From Bacteroidetes bacterium UKL13-3 (GTDB lineage: Bacteria; Bacteroidota; Bacteroidia; UKL13-3): a stretch of 64,000 nucleotides of DNA. The stretch lies in contig CP012155.1 of NCBI GenBank assembly GCA_001602415.1, positions 2,874,824 to 2,938,823 of the forward strand, given 5' to 3'. The notes beneath the pieces are model-generated. The model had not been told where the DNA came from, ran no database searches, and saw nothing but the letters and a program-made list of their open reading frames with translations. This document shows, piece after piece, positions 50,698-59,907 of this stretch. How positions within the stretch are numbered: the stretch's first letter is position 1; every line of letters starts with the position of its first letter. A program made the translations under genes and the position numbers.

Positions 50698-51189
50698 TTA
50701 AACAACCGGTTTAAATCCTTCAAACGCTTGCAAACAATTATTGCAATAGTGCATGCTTCGGCACAAGGTTGGCCCAAATGGACTTTTCATTTCAGTATTT
50801 TTACTGCCGCAAAACGGGCACTCCACATGTTCCAGTAATTCCTGAGTTACCTCGCCTTCGTGTTTTACGGGTGGCGCTAAACCATGCTTTTTCAAACACA
50901 TCAATCCACGATCGGTAAGTTTATTGCTGTCCCAGGGTTTTTCAAAATTGGTGACCACCTCAACTGTTTGAATCCCGATTTCTTTTAACCTATCGGATAC
51001 CATTCCTTCCATCATTTTAATGGCCGGACAACCCGTAAAGGTTGGTGTCATCTCCACATACACGCTGCTCTCGCCACGCACTTCCACTTTAGTGATGATA
51101 CCCATATCAACCATACTCAAGGTAGGTATCTCCGGATCTTTCACCACTTCGAGGGCATTCCATATATCTTGTTCGGTTGGCATATTCAT
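50698..51189 (-). CDS. MIP18/DUF59-domain protein with C-terminal Cys4 zinc-ribbon (PaaD-like Fe-S assembly/epoxidase subunit-like)
   Basis: N-terminal DUF59 pattern (ALEVVKDPEIPTLSMVDMGII...). C-terminal CPFCGS...CNNC. Confidence 0.65.
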   Translation of the reverse strand: MNMPTEQDIWNALEVVKDPEIPTLSMVDMGIITKVEVRGESSVYVEMTPTFTGCPAIKMMEGMVSDRLKEIGIQTVEVVTNFEKPWDSNKLTDRGLMCLKKHGLAPPVKHEGEVTQELLEHVECPFCGSKNTEMKSPFGPTLCRSMHYCNNCLQAFEGFKPVV

Positions 51190-51508
51190 TAAACGAAAAT
51201 ACGAAGAGTTGGTTTACAAAAAAGATGCTATTTAAGAGTTGCTGCTCTGTTAACCTTAAATTTTGTAAGCAGCCTAACGTATTTTTTTGTTAAATCATAC
51301 TCATAACCACAAAAAAGGCTACAGAAATATTCGAGGCCACTGAAAAAGCATCATTTTGATGAAAACTTAATTTAGAGCGATTAGGTAAAATGTAAATTTT
51401 ACTTATTCGCTTTTTTGTAATTTTACTTTTGAGATTTACAGGATGTTTTATGGTTCTTGTTGCACCCTAAAATGCATTTTTAGACCTTTTTTCGCGTAAC
51501 TTTAGAGT

Positions 51509-52879
51509 TTACTCTGTTAATTTAATAATTCTTTTTAAGTTGACTGCAAAAATTGCCAGTGCACCCTGCATTTGCATATTACTAATGCCATAGGATATTG
51601 CTCTATCGTATCCGTGTATGTTTTTTAACTCACTATTTTTTGCTTCAATTTTATAACGATGCTTTGATTTTTCTTTATAATAATCGGTTTCTTGAAAGAC
51701 TGTTTGTTCTTGATGTAGGTCTGATTTAATTGTTAACGAATAGGTTTTTGTTTTTGCTCCTTCTTTATAACAACCCTCTTTTAAAGGGCATGTTTTACAT
51801 TTGTCTGTATCAAAGTAGTATGTTACTGCTTGGTTTTTTCCAATATTTTTTGTGCCTTGACGAGCCTTTTTTAATGCCATATGACCAGCAGGGCAAACAA
51901 ACATATCTGCATCTTTATTGTAATCAAATTTATCTTCATCCTTTCTTGTGCCTTGTGTGATTGAGGGATTTAGCCTTGCTACTATTTTAATATTTTGCTC
52001 TGTTGTAATTTTAAGATTTTCTTTTCCTGAATAGGCGGTATCGCCTATTATGGTATCCACATCAATTCCATTTTCTTGACTCATTTGTAAAAGTTTTGTT
52101 AACTCTGGCCCATCTCCTTTTTCACCCGATGTTACTACTGCTGCTGTAATAATGCGCTCTTCGGTCATGGCTATATGTGTTTTGTATCCAAAGAATGAGC
52201 TATCAGCTGATTTGTGCCCAATTCTTGCATCAGTATCTTTTGATAGGATGAAATTTTCTTGCGTATCTTCTACCGTTTCTTTTAGTAAATTGAGTTTTTC
52301 TTTTACACCAGGTATTGAACTAATAGTTGGTTCATTTTCTATTCGTTGCTCTAACTCTTTGCAATATGCTAACTCCTTTTCCAAATCATTATCAATGTTC
52401 TTTTGTGGCATATTTTCTTTCCATTCCTCATCAAACAAATACACCGCTTTCCTGAGTAACTTAGAGCGTTCACGTAATACTTCTATTGCTGAAAATGGAT
52501 TTGATCTTGATAGCGTATGTGTGGCATCTACTATAATTGACTTTGAACGAATGATGCCTTTTTCAACTGCTATACTGACTGTTTTGTTTATTAATAAATC
52601 TAACAAGTCGGTGTCTTTTAAACATAGTTTTCTAAACTTGGTCAATGAACTAGAATTTATTACTTCCTCTTCTGGTGTCATTTCTAAAAAGTATTTAAAT
52701 GACATATCGTATCGTGAACGCTCAACTACATCAGATATTGTATAAATTGTTTTCAAAAGTAAATACTTGAACATGCGAACTGGACTTTCCGCCATTCGGC
52801 CATTATTCATGCAATATTTATTTACTAGCTCCTCGTATACAAAGGAAAAGTCTACTAATTCATTAATTTTTCTAAGCAA
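51509..52879 (-). mobile_element. IS1182/IS5-like DDE transposase gene, 5'-truncated (N-terminal ~30 codons replaced by a stop)
   Basis: DUF772/InsH-N motif VRMFKYLLLKTIYTISDVVERSRYDMSFKYFLEM. The frame upstream reads *DLIVPKHNLLRKINELVD, matching the canonical IS1182 N-terminus (DDLIPEDH..R.VNEVID) but cut by TAA. Only a TTG start is available. Confidence 0.7.
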
Positions 52880-52984
52880 ATTGTGCTTCGGAACAATTAA
52901 ATCTTATAACGAAGAATGGTTACTAATCTGAATTTTATGCTGTTGTAATAACATTTGGCTGCCGTTAAATTTCTTAATAAAGAA

Positions 52985-53030
52985 ACAAAAAAAGGGGCAA
53001 AAAACATTGCCGTTTTTTACCCCTTTTACT
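52985..53030. terminator. bidirectional intrinsic terminator
   Basis: AAAAAAAGGGG-22 nt loop-CCCCTTTT, with T/A runs on both sides. Sits 80 bp 3' of the 139-aa minus-strand gene. Confidence 0.5.
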
Positions 53031-53109
53031 AACATTTGTTAATCAAATGACTTTTTCAGTGGCCTCCTGATATGGCCGGGCATTTTTTTATAGTCTAAGA
53101 TGTTTTCTC

Positions 53110-53529
53110 TTATGCTTCTTCGGCTGTTTCTTCCTCTTCTTCTGGCACAATTCCTTCCATCAAATTGCGGATTTCTTGCAGTTCTTCGCGGTTGTATTTG
53201 TTGCTGTAATCAGCAAACAAATCCATTAAATAATCCAAGTTTGCTTTTCCGTCATCATCTTGCAAATACAAGAATGTATAGCCACCAGCATTTTCTTCAA
53301 TGTTCTCGTAGGCCAAACGAATCATGCGCACATAACCCGGCTCATTCAAATTTGCTTTTACATATTCACGCAACTCTTTTAGCTGTTCTACAACTTTAGC
53401 ACCAACACCTTCAGTAGCCAACGTCTTTTTAATTTTATCAATTATCGGTTTCATATATTTATATCTGTCGGCTGCGAAACTACTGTTTTTGTCGATTAAT
53501 GAAAATACATTTGTTTGAAAATTCATCAT
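53110..53529 (-). CDS. hypothetical protein with acidic C-terminal tail
   Basis: 139 aa, no recognised motif. C-terminus EEEEETAEEA. Its start region overlaps the divergent DUF486 gene, so the true start is probably the internal Met (MKPIID). Confidence 0.4.
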   Translation of the reverse strand: MMNFQTNVFSLIDKNSSFAADRYKYMKPIIDKIKKTLATEGVGAKVVEQLKELREYVKANLNEPGYVRMIRLAYENIEENAGGYTFLYLQDDDGKANLDYLMDLFADYSNKYNREELQEIRNLMEGIVPEEEEETAEEA

Positions 53530-53910
53530 TTTACCATGGCTAAAGGAATCTATACCATTGTTTTACTGCTTGTTTCCAACCTTTTCATGACTTTTGCGTG
53601 GTACGGACACCTGCAGTTTCAAAAGATATATTGGCTCAAAAACACAGGATTAATTGGCAATATCGCCATCAGTTGGGGTATTGCTTTGTTCGAATATGTA
53701 TTTCAGGTTCCGGCAAATCGTATTGGGCATATTGAGCATGGCGGACCGTTTAGTATGTTTGAATTGAAAACCATTCAGGAAGCCATCTCCATTTCGGTAT
53801 TTGTGCTGGTAAACATCTATGTGTTTAAGGAAGGAAACCTGCAATGGAACCACATTCTAGGCTTTGCACTTATTTTGCTAGCCGTATTTGTTCTTTTTAA
53901 GAAGTGGTAA
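53515..53910 (+). CDS. DMT-superfamily small membrane protein (DUF486-like)
   Basis: 131 aa, 4 predicted TM helices, EamA-like half-transporter pattern. Start possibly the internal Met at 53536. Confidence 0.5.
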   Translation: MKIHHFTMAKGIYTIVLLLVSNLFMTFAWYGHLQFQKIYWLKNTGLIGNIAISWGIALFEYVFQVPANRIGHIEHGGPFSMFELKTIQEAISISVFVLVNIYVFKEGNLQWNHILGFALILLAVFVLFKKW

Positions 53911-53932
53911 AATTTTATAGCTTTGTGTACGC

Positions 53933-54235
53933 ATGGAAAAGTTAGTGAAACCTATATTCAATAAGCGCATCTTCTGGGATGTGACTATTGAAACATTGGA
54001 TATTGATGCCAAGGCTAACTTTGTTATTGAACGGGTATTTGAGCGTGGCGATGTGGATGATATCAGGCAGTGTAGAAGGTATTACGGGGATGCTAAAGTG
54101 AGAGAAGCATTACTCAATGCAAAATATTTACCCCTGCATACAATTTATTTGGCAAGTGCTGTTGTTGACGAACCCTTAGAAGCATTCAGATGTTACAAAC
54201 TCAGACAGTTGAACCCGGGACTTTATCCCTACTAA
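53933..54235 (+). CDS. small conserved protein upstream-overlapping an AbiEii-type nucleotidyltransferase (candidate antitoxin-like partner)
   Basis: 100 aa: ...RIFWDVTIETLDIDAKANFVIERVFERGDVDDIRQCRRYYG.... Recognised as a recurring ~100-aa partner ORF of AbiEii/DUF1814 genes in Bacteroidetes. The family name is not certain. 46-nt overlap with the next gene. Confidence 0.4.
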   Translation: MEKLVKPIFNKRIFWDVTIETLDIDAKANFVIERVFERGDVDDIRQCRRYYGDAKVREALLNAKYLPLHTIYLASAVVDEPLEAFRCYKLRQLNPGLYPY

Positions 54236-54815
54236 AAACATTAATGTACGTTCCTGTTCTAAAACAATCGTATCTGGTTGGAGGAACGGCACTTTCATTG
54301 TTATATGGACATCGTATTTCCATTGATCTTGATTTGTTTTATCATGATGATTTGGACAAAACAGCCATTATTCAAAGCCTCACAAACTTGTTCAAGATCG
54401 ATTTTGACTATCGAGGAAATCCCAATTCTTTGGGTATCTTTTGCAATATACGTAATGAAAAGTTGACATTATAAAGTACCCTCATCCAATCATCCATCCA
54501 ACCCAACTTATTGATGGGATAAGAATGTATCATACCGATGATATTGTGGCTATGAAAATGAATGCACTATTAGGCAGAGCAAAAAAGAAGGATTTTTGGG
54601 ACGTAGCCGAATTATTGAAGCATTATTCTATTGCTAAAATGGTGGAACTTCATAAGAAAAAGTATCCAAGCCAGATGCTCCTTATTTCAGTGCCGCAAGC
54701 TTTGATTTATTTCAATGAAGCTGAAGAAAGCGAAGATCCCATCAGCCTTAACGGACAAACTTGGGAAAGCGTTAAGAAAACAATTCGGGCTGCAGTGAGG
54801 GATTATTTAAGTTGA
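54190..54815 (+). pseudogene. nucleotidyltransferase AbiEii/AbiGii toxin family (DUF1814) gene split by a frameshift near 54455-54465
   Basis: Piece 1 in frame 1 carries the NTase motif LVGGTALSLLYGHRISIDLDLF and ends ...NIRNEKLTL*. Frame 3 is open from 54459 as KVDIIKYPHPIIHPTQLIDGIRMYHTDDIVAMKMNALLGRAKKKDFWDVAELL, the conserved AbiEii C-terminal pattern. A 1-nt indel at the AAAA run 54457-54460 would fuse them into a ~208-aa protein. Confidence 0.65.
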
Positions 54816-54865
54816 TACAGATCCAAATGATTGAACCAAAAAGTGTATTCGGACCTGTATGCCCT

Positions 54866-55840
54866 CTACCACCAACCTCTGAAATTATAACTCACAACTT
54901 TAGGTTGATTGTTACCATAAGCCACACCAATATCACGTGCAGCATTGATAAGTGCTTTAGACTCTTCTTCATCGGCTTGTTGTTGCTTCAATTTTAGGTC
55001 CCACTCACGTTTATCCAATTCTTTTACTCGTTTGGCAATCTTTTCATACAATTGTTTCACATCAGTATAACAAGTTGATTGAGGATTAATATTCGCTAAA
55101 ATCTGCCCTGCATCATTAGCCGCATTTAAATCCTGATTAACAGACCAAATACTACTTGCTTTACTCAGTTCAACTTTGCACTCTTGATCTATTTTATACT
55201 TGTAAATTATTGTTATTTCTGGATTAACCTTTTTAAAACATTCAACACAAGCATCCGGAACCGCAGCCAATTTGGATATTGCTGCATCATATTCATTTCT
55301 TTTAGCAAGCTCTCTTGATTCTTTAATCAAAGCATCACACTTGTTATTATAATATTCCACAATTTTAGCTTTACCCTTATTCACAAACGGCTGGTATTGT
55401 GCATCATTGGGCTTAATTGATTTTAAAGCAGACAAGTAGGCTTTTGTTTCATTTTCACCAACACCTTTAACAGTGGTGGTGTAGTTTGAAAACTTAGTTC
55501 CATCAATACCATCTCCAATGACCATTGATATTTCAAGAGTATACGCTTGCATAACTGGAGTTGTTGGCGTTATGTCTTTTGAAATTACAAAAACAGTTGC
55601 TGCTAAAACAAATCTAGTTTGTATAGCATTACCTGAAACTCCAGACGAGGTGGCTATTTGATTCAACTTGCTTTCTAATAAACTCTTTGCGGATTGTGGT
55701 AATCCCTCATTGGGTTCTACTACAGCAGTTGCTAGGGAAATTCGGCCTAAATCTTTAGATGCCAATTTTTCACCTTGAGCAAAGGTGCTCAATCGAAAAA
55801 TAAGCATAGTTCCTAATACTATAAAATGATATGTTCTCAT
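54866..55840 (-). CDS. exported hypothetical protein (operon gene 4 of 4)
   Basis: 324 aa, signal peptide (cleavage ~FAQ|GE). Several Cys in the C-terminal half. No recognised catalytic motif. Confidence 0.45.
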   Translation of the reverse strand: MRTYHFIVLGTMLIFRLSTFAQGEKLASKDLGRISLATAVVEPNEGLPQSAKSLLESKLNQIATSSGVSGNAIQTRFVLAATVFVISKDITPTTPVMQAYTLEISMVIGDGIDGTKFSNYTTTVKGVGENETKAYLSALKSIKPNDAQYQPFVNKGKAKIVEYYNNKCDALIKESRELAKRNEYDAAISKLAAVPDACVECFKKVNPEITIIYKYKIDQECKVELSKASSIWSVNQDLNAANDAGQILANINPQSTCYTDVKQLYEKIAKRVKELDKREWDLKLKQQQADEEESKALINAARDIGVAYGNNQPKVVSYNFRGWW

Positions 55841-55853
55841 ATACTTTTTAGTT

Positions 55854-56807
55854 TTATTTTTCTCCTATTACTATAGTTACCTGACCAAGCCCCTTCATCA
55901 TCAGTTTCGATTCAACTTGATAAGTATCCTTAAGATGTTTTTGTAGTCCTTTTCCCCAACCTCTTGCATCCAGAGCCTTACCATTTGAATCAATCATCGG
56001 AATACGAACTTGTTCAAAAAGCATCATATTCTCTGTTGCATCACTTGTGTTAAATCTTCCTTGTACAGTATTTTCTGAAACCCATTTCTCAATTTGGGAG
56101 CCCAGCTCCGCTCCTCCATATTCCTTCTCTAAATCTCCATCAAATGAATCCCACTTCTTAATTCTTAGTACGATCTCGCGTCCATTTTTAAACCAGTCGT
56201 CAAAACCGGCTTGTAGAAGTGAATTGAAATTGTCAATGTGAGATAAAACAGCCTCTTCCAACAATACCGGAAGTTCGGCTGTAAAAGAAGGTACTCCTGT
56301 ACCGGATGCTCCTGCAATTTGTTTGTCGGTATAAGCATCTAAACCTTGTAAATTAAAAGTAATAGACTTTTTAGGCCCTGTCTGATTCACCGTCCATGTC
56401 AGCTGCATCCAGATATCAGCCTTTGCTGTTTTTTTCAGTTTATCAACAGGTGATTCGCTGATGGTAGATCCCGCCTTGCTCGTCATCATTGCTGATTCAG
56501 CGGCTTCACTCTCCAACGTTTTGATTGATGACTCTAAGTTTTTCAAGGGGAATCCCCTTGCTGCCATCAAATCATTTATTTTACTTATTACCAATAACAA
56601 GTCGGTACTTTCTTGAACTGCTCGCTTATAATCGGATACTTTTATTTTAGTTCCTTGGTTATCATATTCAAGTACATAACCATTTTTTATGCACCAAGCA
56701 TCGCTCGGCACAACCATAATAGTTGGCTTTTTTGCTTGACCCATAACAACTTCTACTAAAGAAGTTACTATAGCTAATGTTATTACTATTCGTTTATAGA
56801 TTCTCAT
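55854..56807 (-). CDS. exported hypothetical protein (operon gene 3 of 4)
   Basis: 317 aa, N-terminal signal/anchor, conserved-looking TIMVVPSDAWC segment. 13-bp gap to the next gene. Confidence 0.45.
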   Translation of the reverse strand: MRIYKRIVITLAIVTSLVEVVMGQAKKPTIMVVPSDAWCIKNGYVLEYDNQGTKIKVSDYKRAVQESTDLLLVISKINDLMAARGFPLKNLESSIKTLESEAAESAMMTSKAGSTISESPVDKLKKTAKADIWMQLTWTVNQTGPKKSITFNLQGLDAYTDKQIAGASGTGVPSFTAELPVLLEEAVLSHIDNFNSLLQAGFDDWFKNGREIVLRIKKWDSFDGDLEKEYGGAELGSQIEKWVSENTVQGRFNTSDATENMMLFEQVRIPMIDSNGKALDARGWGKGLQKHLKDTYQVESKLMMKGLGQVTIVIGEK

Positions 56808-56867
56808 ACGTATGTTAATTTTTAATGGTGAAACACTTGGTATAATTACTCTCTATTTCCTTTGGGC

Positions 56868-57380
56868 TCAGAACCCGGAACTTAGAGACTTAATTATTCT
56901 TTCATCTTCAAGAAACTTTCTCAATTGAGTAACATTTACAGAGACCAATACACCTATCTTATATTCTCTACCTATTCGTAATCTATCCTCTGCAGCCACT
57001 GAACCATCATTAGATAAGTTTACATATTTCATGTATTTACCACCATCCATAAAAAACTCGTTAAAAAAACTTGACTTCTCTTTTTCAATAGATGAATTTG
57101 TGGCAAGGGGATTTTGACCCGGTATGCCTTGTTTTCCAGCAAAACCCTTAAATATAATTCCGTGAACGGCATTCTTTTTTGCTTGCTCAATTGCAACTTC
57201 CGGTTTGGCAGAGTAGGACCAAACCTTAATCAAATAAGTTCCCTGAATTCCGGTATTTACAGCCTCAATTTCATATCGCCAATTGTCCGTATCTTTATTT
57301 ACCTGTTTTTTAGATTGACAAGACGAAGCGTTAACTCCCAATAAAATCAAGAGTATTAAGTTTATTAGTATTGTTCTCAT
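56868..57380 (-). CDS. hypothetical lipoprotein (operon gene 2 of 4)
   Basis: 170 aa, lipoprotein-type signal (GVNASSC). Confidence 0.45.
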   Translation of the reverse strand: MRTILINLILLILLGVNASSCQSKKQVNKDTDNWRYEIEAVNTGIQGTYLIKVWSYSAKPEVAIEQAKKNAVHGIIFKGFAGKQGIPGQNPLATNSSIEKEKSSFFNEFFMDGGKYMKYVNLSNDGSVAAEDRLRIGREYKIGVLVSVNVTQLRKFLEDERIIKSLSSGF

Positions 57381-57388
57381 TACTAAGT

Positions 57389-58654
57389 TTATTTTAATTG
57401 TCGAATAAGCATCCCAGAATAAAACTTCTTACCTCCTTTGAAAGTTGTACGATCAATTACCGGCTTTGTTGTATCCGTCTCAGTCGAAGATTCTTCTCCG
57501 GCATTAAATCTATTATCCCAAAGCAACTTTTTATCTACTTTGATAGTTCCTTTAGATTCGTACTTTGTTAACCCGGTCTTAGGGTCAATAACCTGTTCCA
57601 AAACTTCAAATTTCTCACCGCCTTCTAATCCCTCTTTCATTCCTATTTTTGCAGTTATTGGATAACCTGTATACAAGGGAACTTTCGGTTTAAATACATC
57701 ATATTTCTTTTGAAGTTTAGCATAAACAGCGTCAACATTTCGAACTGTTGACAATGCGATAATTTGACTTTCTGTACGTTTTTCTTTTAGAGAAAAGGTA
57801 ACGAGACTAGTTGCCTTCTCTTGCCCTACGAATTCAAGACTAAATAAATTGGTTTTATCAAATGCTTCTTTTTTAGAGGGGCTTACAGATGATTTATCGA
57901 ACCACAAATCATTATAAAATATGGCAGCAATTGAGTCATTCCATTTTAACTTGTACAGATACGAAGTAGTCCACACAGAATATCCTTCTTTTGTTTTTTC
58001 ATACAGTGCATCTGCTGATTTGATTGCAACTTGTTGCATCATGGGATTAGGCATTTGATTTGCAGCTAGTTTAGATGCGTCTCTGATTCCTGCTGCAAAT
58101 ACCTCATTGCTTAAAAATGTAACCTTGGAAAATACTACAAACGTATTTCCTATCAACTCCTCCCCTGCATCGGCTAGGGAAGAAGCTCCTCTTGCACTGC
58201 CTTTAGCGATATTTGCTTCCATGTCGGAAGCATTATAAGCCCCTCGTTCTCCAATTAACTGCATATCAAATGATCCATCCACTTTTCTATTGAACCATTT
58301 TGCAACCAATTTATTGGCGATCTTTTGGTCCGCTATAAATCTATCAATGGCGGGTTGTGTTTCCGATATTTCCTTGTCAGCATCGGCAGCACTCTTTGCT
58401 GTTGCTCCGTAATTTTTAGGATTAAACGATTTTATTCCAATATTGTGATCATTATATTTATCAGGAAAGGGTGAAGTGTTGTATGCTTGTATTACCACTT
58501 CTTTATTCGGGAAATTATCTGCCTCCAATAAAATTGTGTGTAATGAACTCCTACGATACTTGATATCCGGAGTTTTGTCTGCGTTTTGCGCATACGTTGT
58601 TACAAAAGCAGACATAAGCGTTGCTGCTAATGATGAGTAAATGAATTTGTTCAT
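57389..58654 (-). CDS. exported hypothetical protein (operon gene 1 of 4)
   Basis: 421 aa, signal peptide (YAQ|NA). 8-bp gap to the next gene. Confidence 0.45.
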   Translation of the reverse strand: MNKFIYSSLAATLMSAFVTTYAQNADKTPDIKYRRSSLHTILLEADNFPNKEVVIQAYNTSPFPDKYNDHNIGIKSFNPKNYGATAKSAADADKEISETQPAIDRFIADQKIANKLVAKWFNRKVDGSFDMQLIGERGAYNASDMEANIAKGSARGASSLADAGEELIGNTFVVFSKVTFLSNEVFAAGIRDASKLAANQMPNPMMQQVAIKSADALYEKTKEGYSVWTTSYLYKLKWNDSIAAIFYNDLWFDKSSVSPSKKEAFDKTNLFSLEFVGQEKATSLVTFSLKEKRTESQIIALSTVRNVDAVYAKLQKKYDVFKPKVPLYTGYPITAKIGMKEGLEGGEKFEVLEQVIDPKTGLTKYESKGTIKVDKKLLWDNRFNAGEESSTETDTTKPVIDRTTFKGGKKFYSGMLIRQLK

Positions 58655-58811
58655 ATTCTTTGGTTTGATCCTACTCTTCAGGCTTTTCGGTTAACGCCTC
58701 TGCATGAAAATACCCCACGCAGAAAGGGTATCGCATCTGCGACATAAGTTCTCAAATAAATGGTTTGCTTGTTAAATAAGTGATGGGCAGAGGTTGTGAG
58801 CATTTAGGGAT

Positions 58812-58827
58812 TATTTGTCTACAAATA
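58812..58827. promoter_or_regulatory. palindromic operator-like site TATTTGT-ct-ACAAATA in divergent intergenic region
   Basis: 7-bp perfect inverted arms with a 2-bp spacer, in the 247-bp region between the 4-gene exported-protein operon and the divergent XRE regulator. Confidence 0.35.
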
Positions 58828-58925
58828 AAAAAGAAAATTTACGTAATTATCAAATTAATAATTTTATTATTACTATTAATATACTAATTATCTGAATGTA
58901 AGTGTTTTATTTACAACCTTGCGAC

Positions 58926-59291
58926 ATGCATTTAGGCTTACGTATTAAGATTGCCCGCATCAGCAAAGGATTGACTCAGGAACAGTTGGCGGAAAAAATA
59001 AATAAGACAAGACCACTGATTAGTAGCATTGAGCAAACGGGAAAAGTAAACTACTATACCCTTAAGAAAATATGTGAGGTATTGGATTTAGATCTTGACG
59101 AGGTAAATCACGAAGCCAATGATCCTCAAACAGAGTATGGATTCCCTAAAAATACGAAACAAACCGATCGGGTAAAACAACTGGAGAAAGAAGCGCAACA
59201 ACTCCACCTGCTCACACAGTCGCAAGCAGATCTTATTGCAGTGCTAAAAGAAAAAATAGACCTGTTGGAAAAGAAAATCAAGAAAAAATAA
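58926..59291 (+). CDS. XRE-family HTH transcriptional regulator with C-terminal coiled coil
   Basis: LGLRIKIARISKGLTQEQLAEKINKTRPLISSIEQTGK is an HTH_XRE. The C-terminus is Leu/Lys-rich heptads. Start taken at the internal ATG 58926 (ORF track 58902). Confidence 0.7.
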   Translation: MHLGLRIKIARISKGLTQEQLAEKINKTRPLISSIEQTGKVNYYTLKKICEVLDLDLDEVNHEANDPQTEYGFPKNTKQTDRVKQLEKEAQQLHLLTQSQADLIAVLKEKIDLLEKKIKKK

Positions 59292-59867
59292 CTATGAATT
59301 CCACCGTTGGGTAACCCTGAGTGTATATTGAATAAAATCATCCAACCCTGCATCATATTGCGCATTTCCGAGTGAATTTCCCGACTCATCTAATACCTCT
59401 TTGGTAAAATGCGATTCAAAAATTTTGGCGGATACAAACGAATTTAAATCGGTAAAACTGATAATTTTGTTGAGAATCGTATGAAGGTGCAATGCAGGTG
59501 CTTTACCTCCTTTTCCGGTTGATACTCCAACTGTTGCAAATACTTTTTCTTCAAACAAATGCTTAAACGTGCGATCACCTAAACGGTGCAAGAAGTTTAA
59601 AATTTCGGGTGTGGTACTCCAGTTGTATTCGGGCGTAATTAAGATAATAGCCTGTGCCTCCTTCATGGCATGGGCAAGTTGTTGTTGAAAAGACGTAAAA
59701 GCAGATTCAATAACAGGTCCTTGATTGATTAATGGAATATCATAATGCTGGAAATCTACTAGGGATGTTGTGTGTCCTAATGTGTTTAGGCGTAACTGAA
59801 TCGCCTTTCCTACGCGTATGGTATTATTGTTGGCTCTTGCCGAGCCTGATAATATAGCGATGTTCAT
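59292..59867 (-). CDS. NAD(P)H-dependent FMN reductase-like flavodoxin-fold oxidoreductase
   Basis: MNIAILSGSARANNNT..., the N-terminal nucleotide-binding pattern of the NADPH-dependent FMN reductase family. Confidence 0.7.
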   Translation of the reverse strand: MNIAILSGSARANNNTIRVGKAIQLRLNTLGHTTSLVDFQHYDIPLINQGPVIESAFTSFQQQLAHAMKEAQAIILITPEYNWSTTPEILNFLHRLGDRTFKHLFEEKVFATVGVSTGKGGKAPALHLHTILNKIISFTDLNSFVSAKIFESHFTKEVLDESGNSLGNAQYDAGLDDFIQYTLRVTQRWNS

Positions 59868-59907
59868 CTAATCGGTAATTAAGTTGGTTGGTTGATCTAT
59901 TGATTCG

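Noticed and set aside
52152-52745. 197-aa plus-strand ORF
   Set aside because: Fully antisense to the IS1182-like transposase gene. Ser/Phe-rich low complexity.
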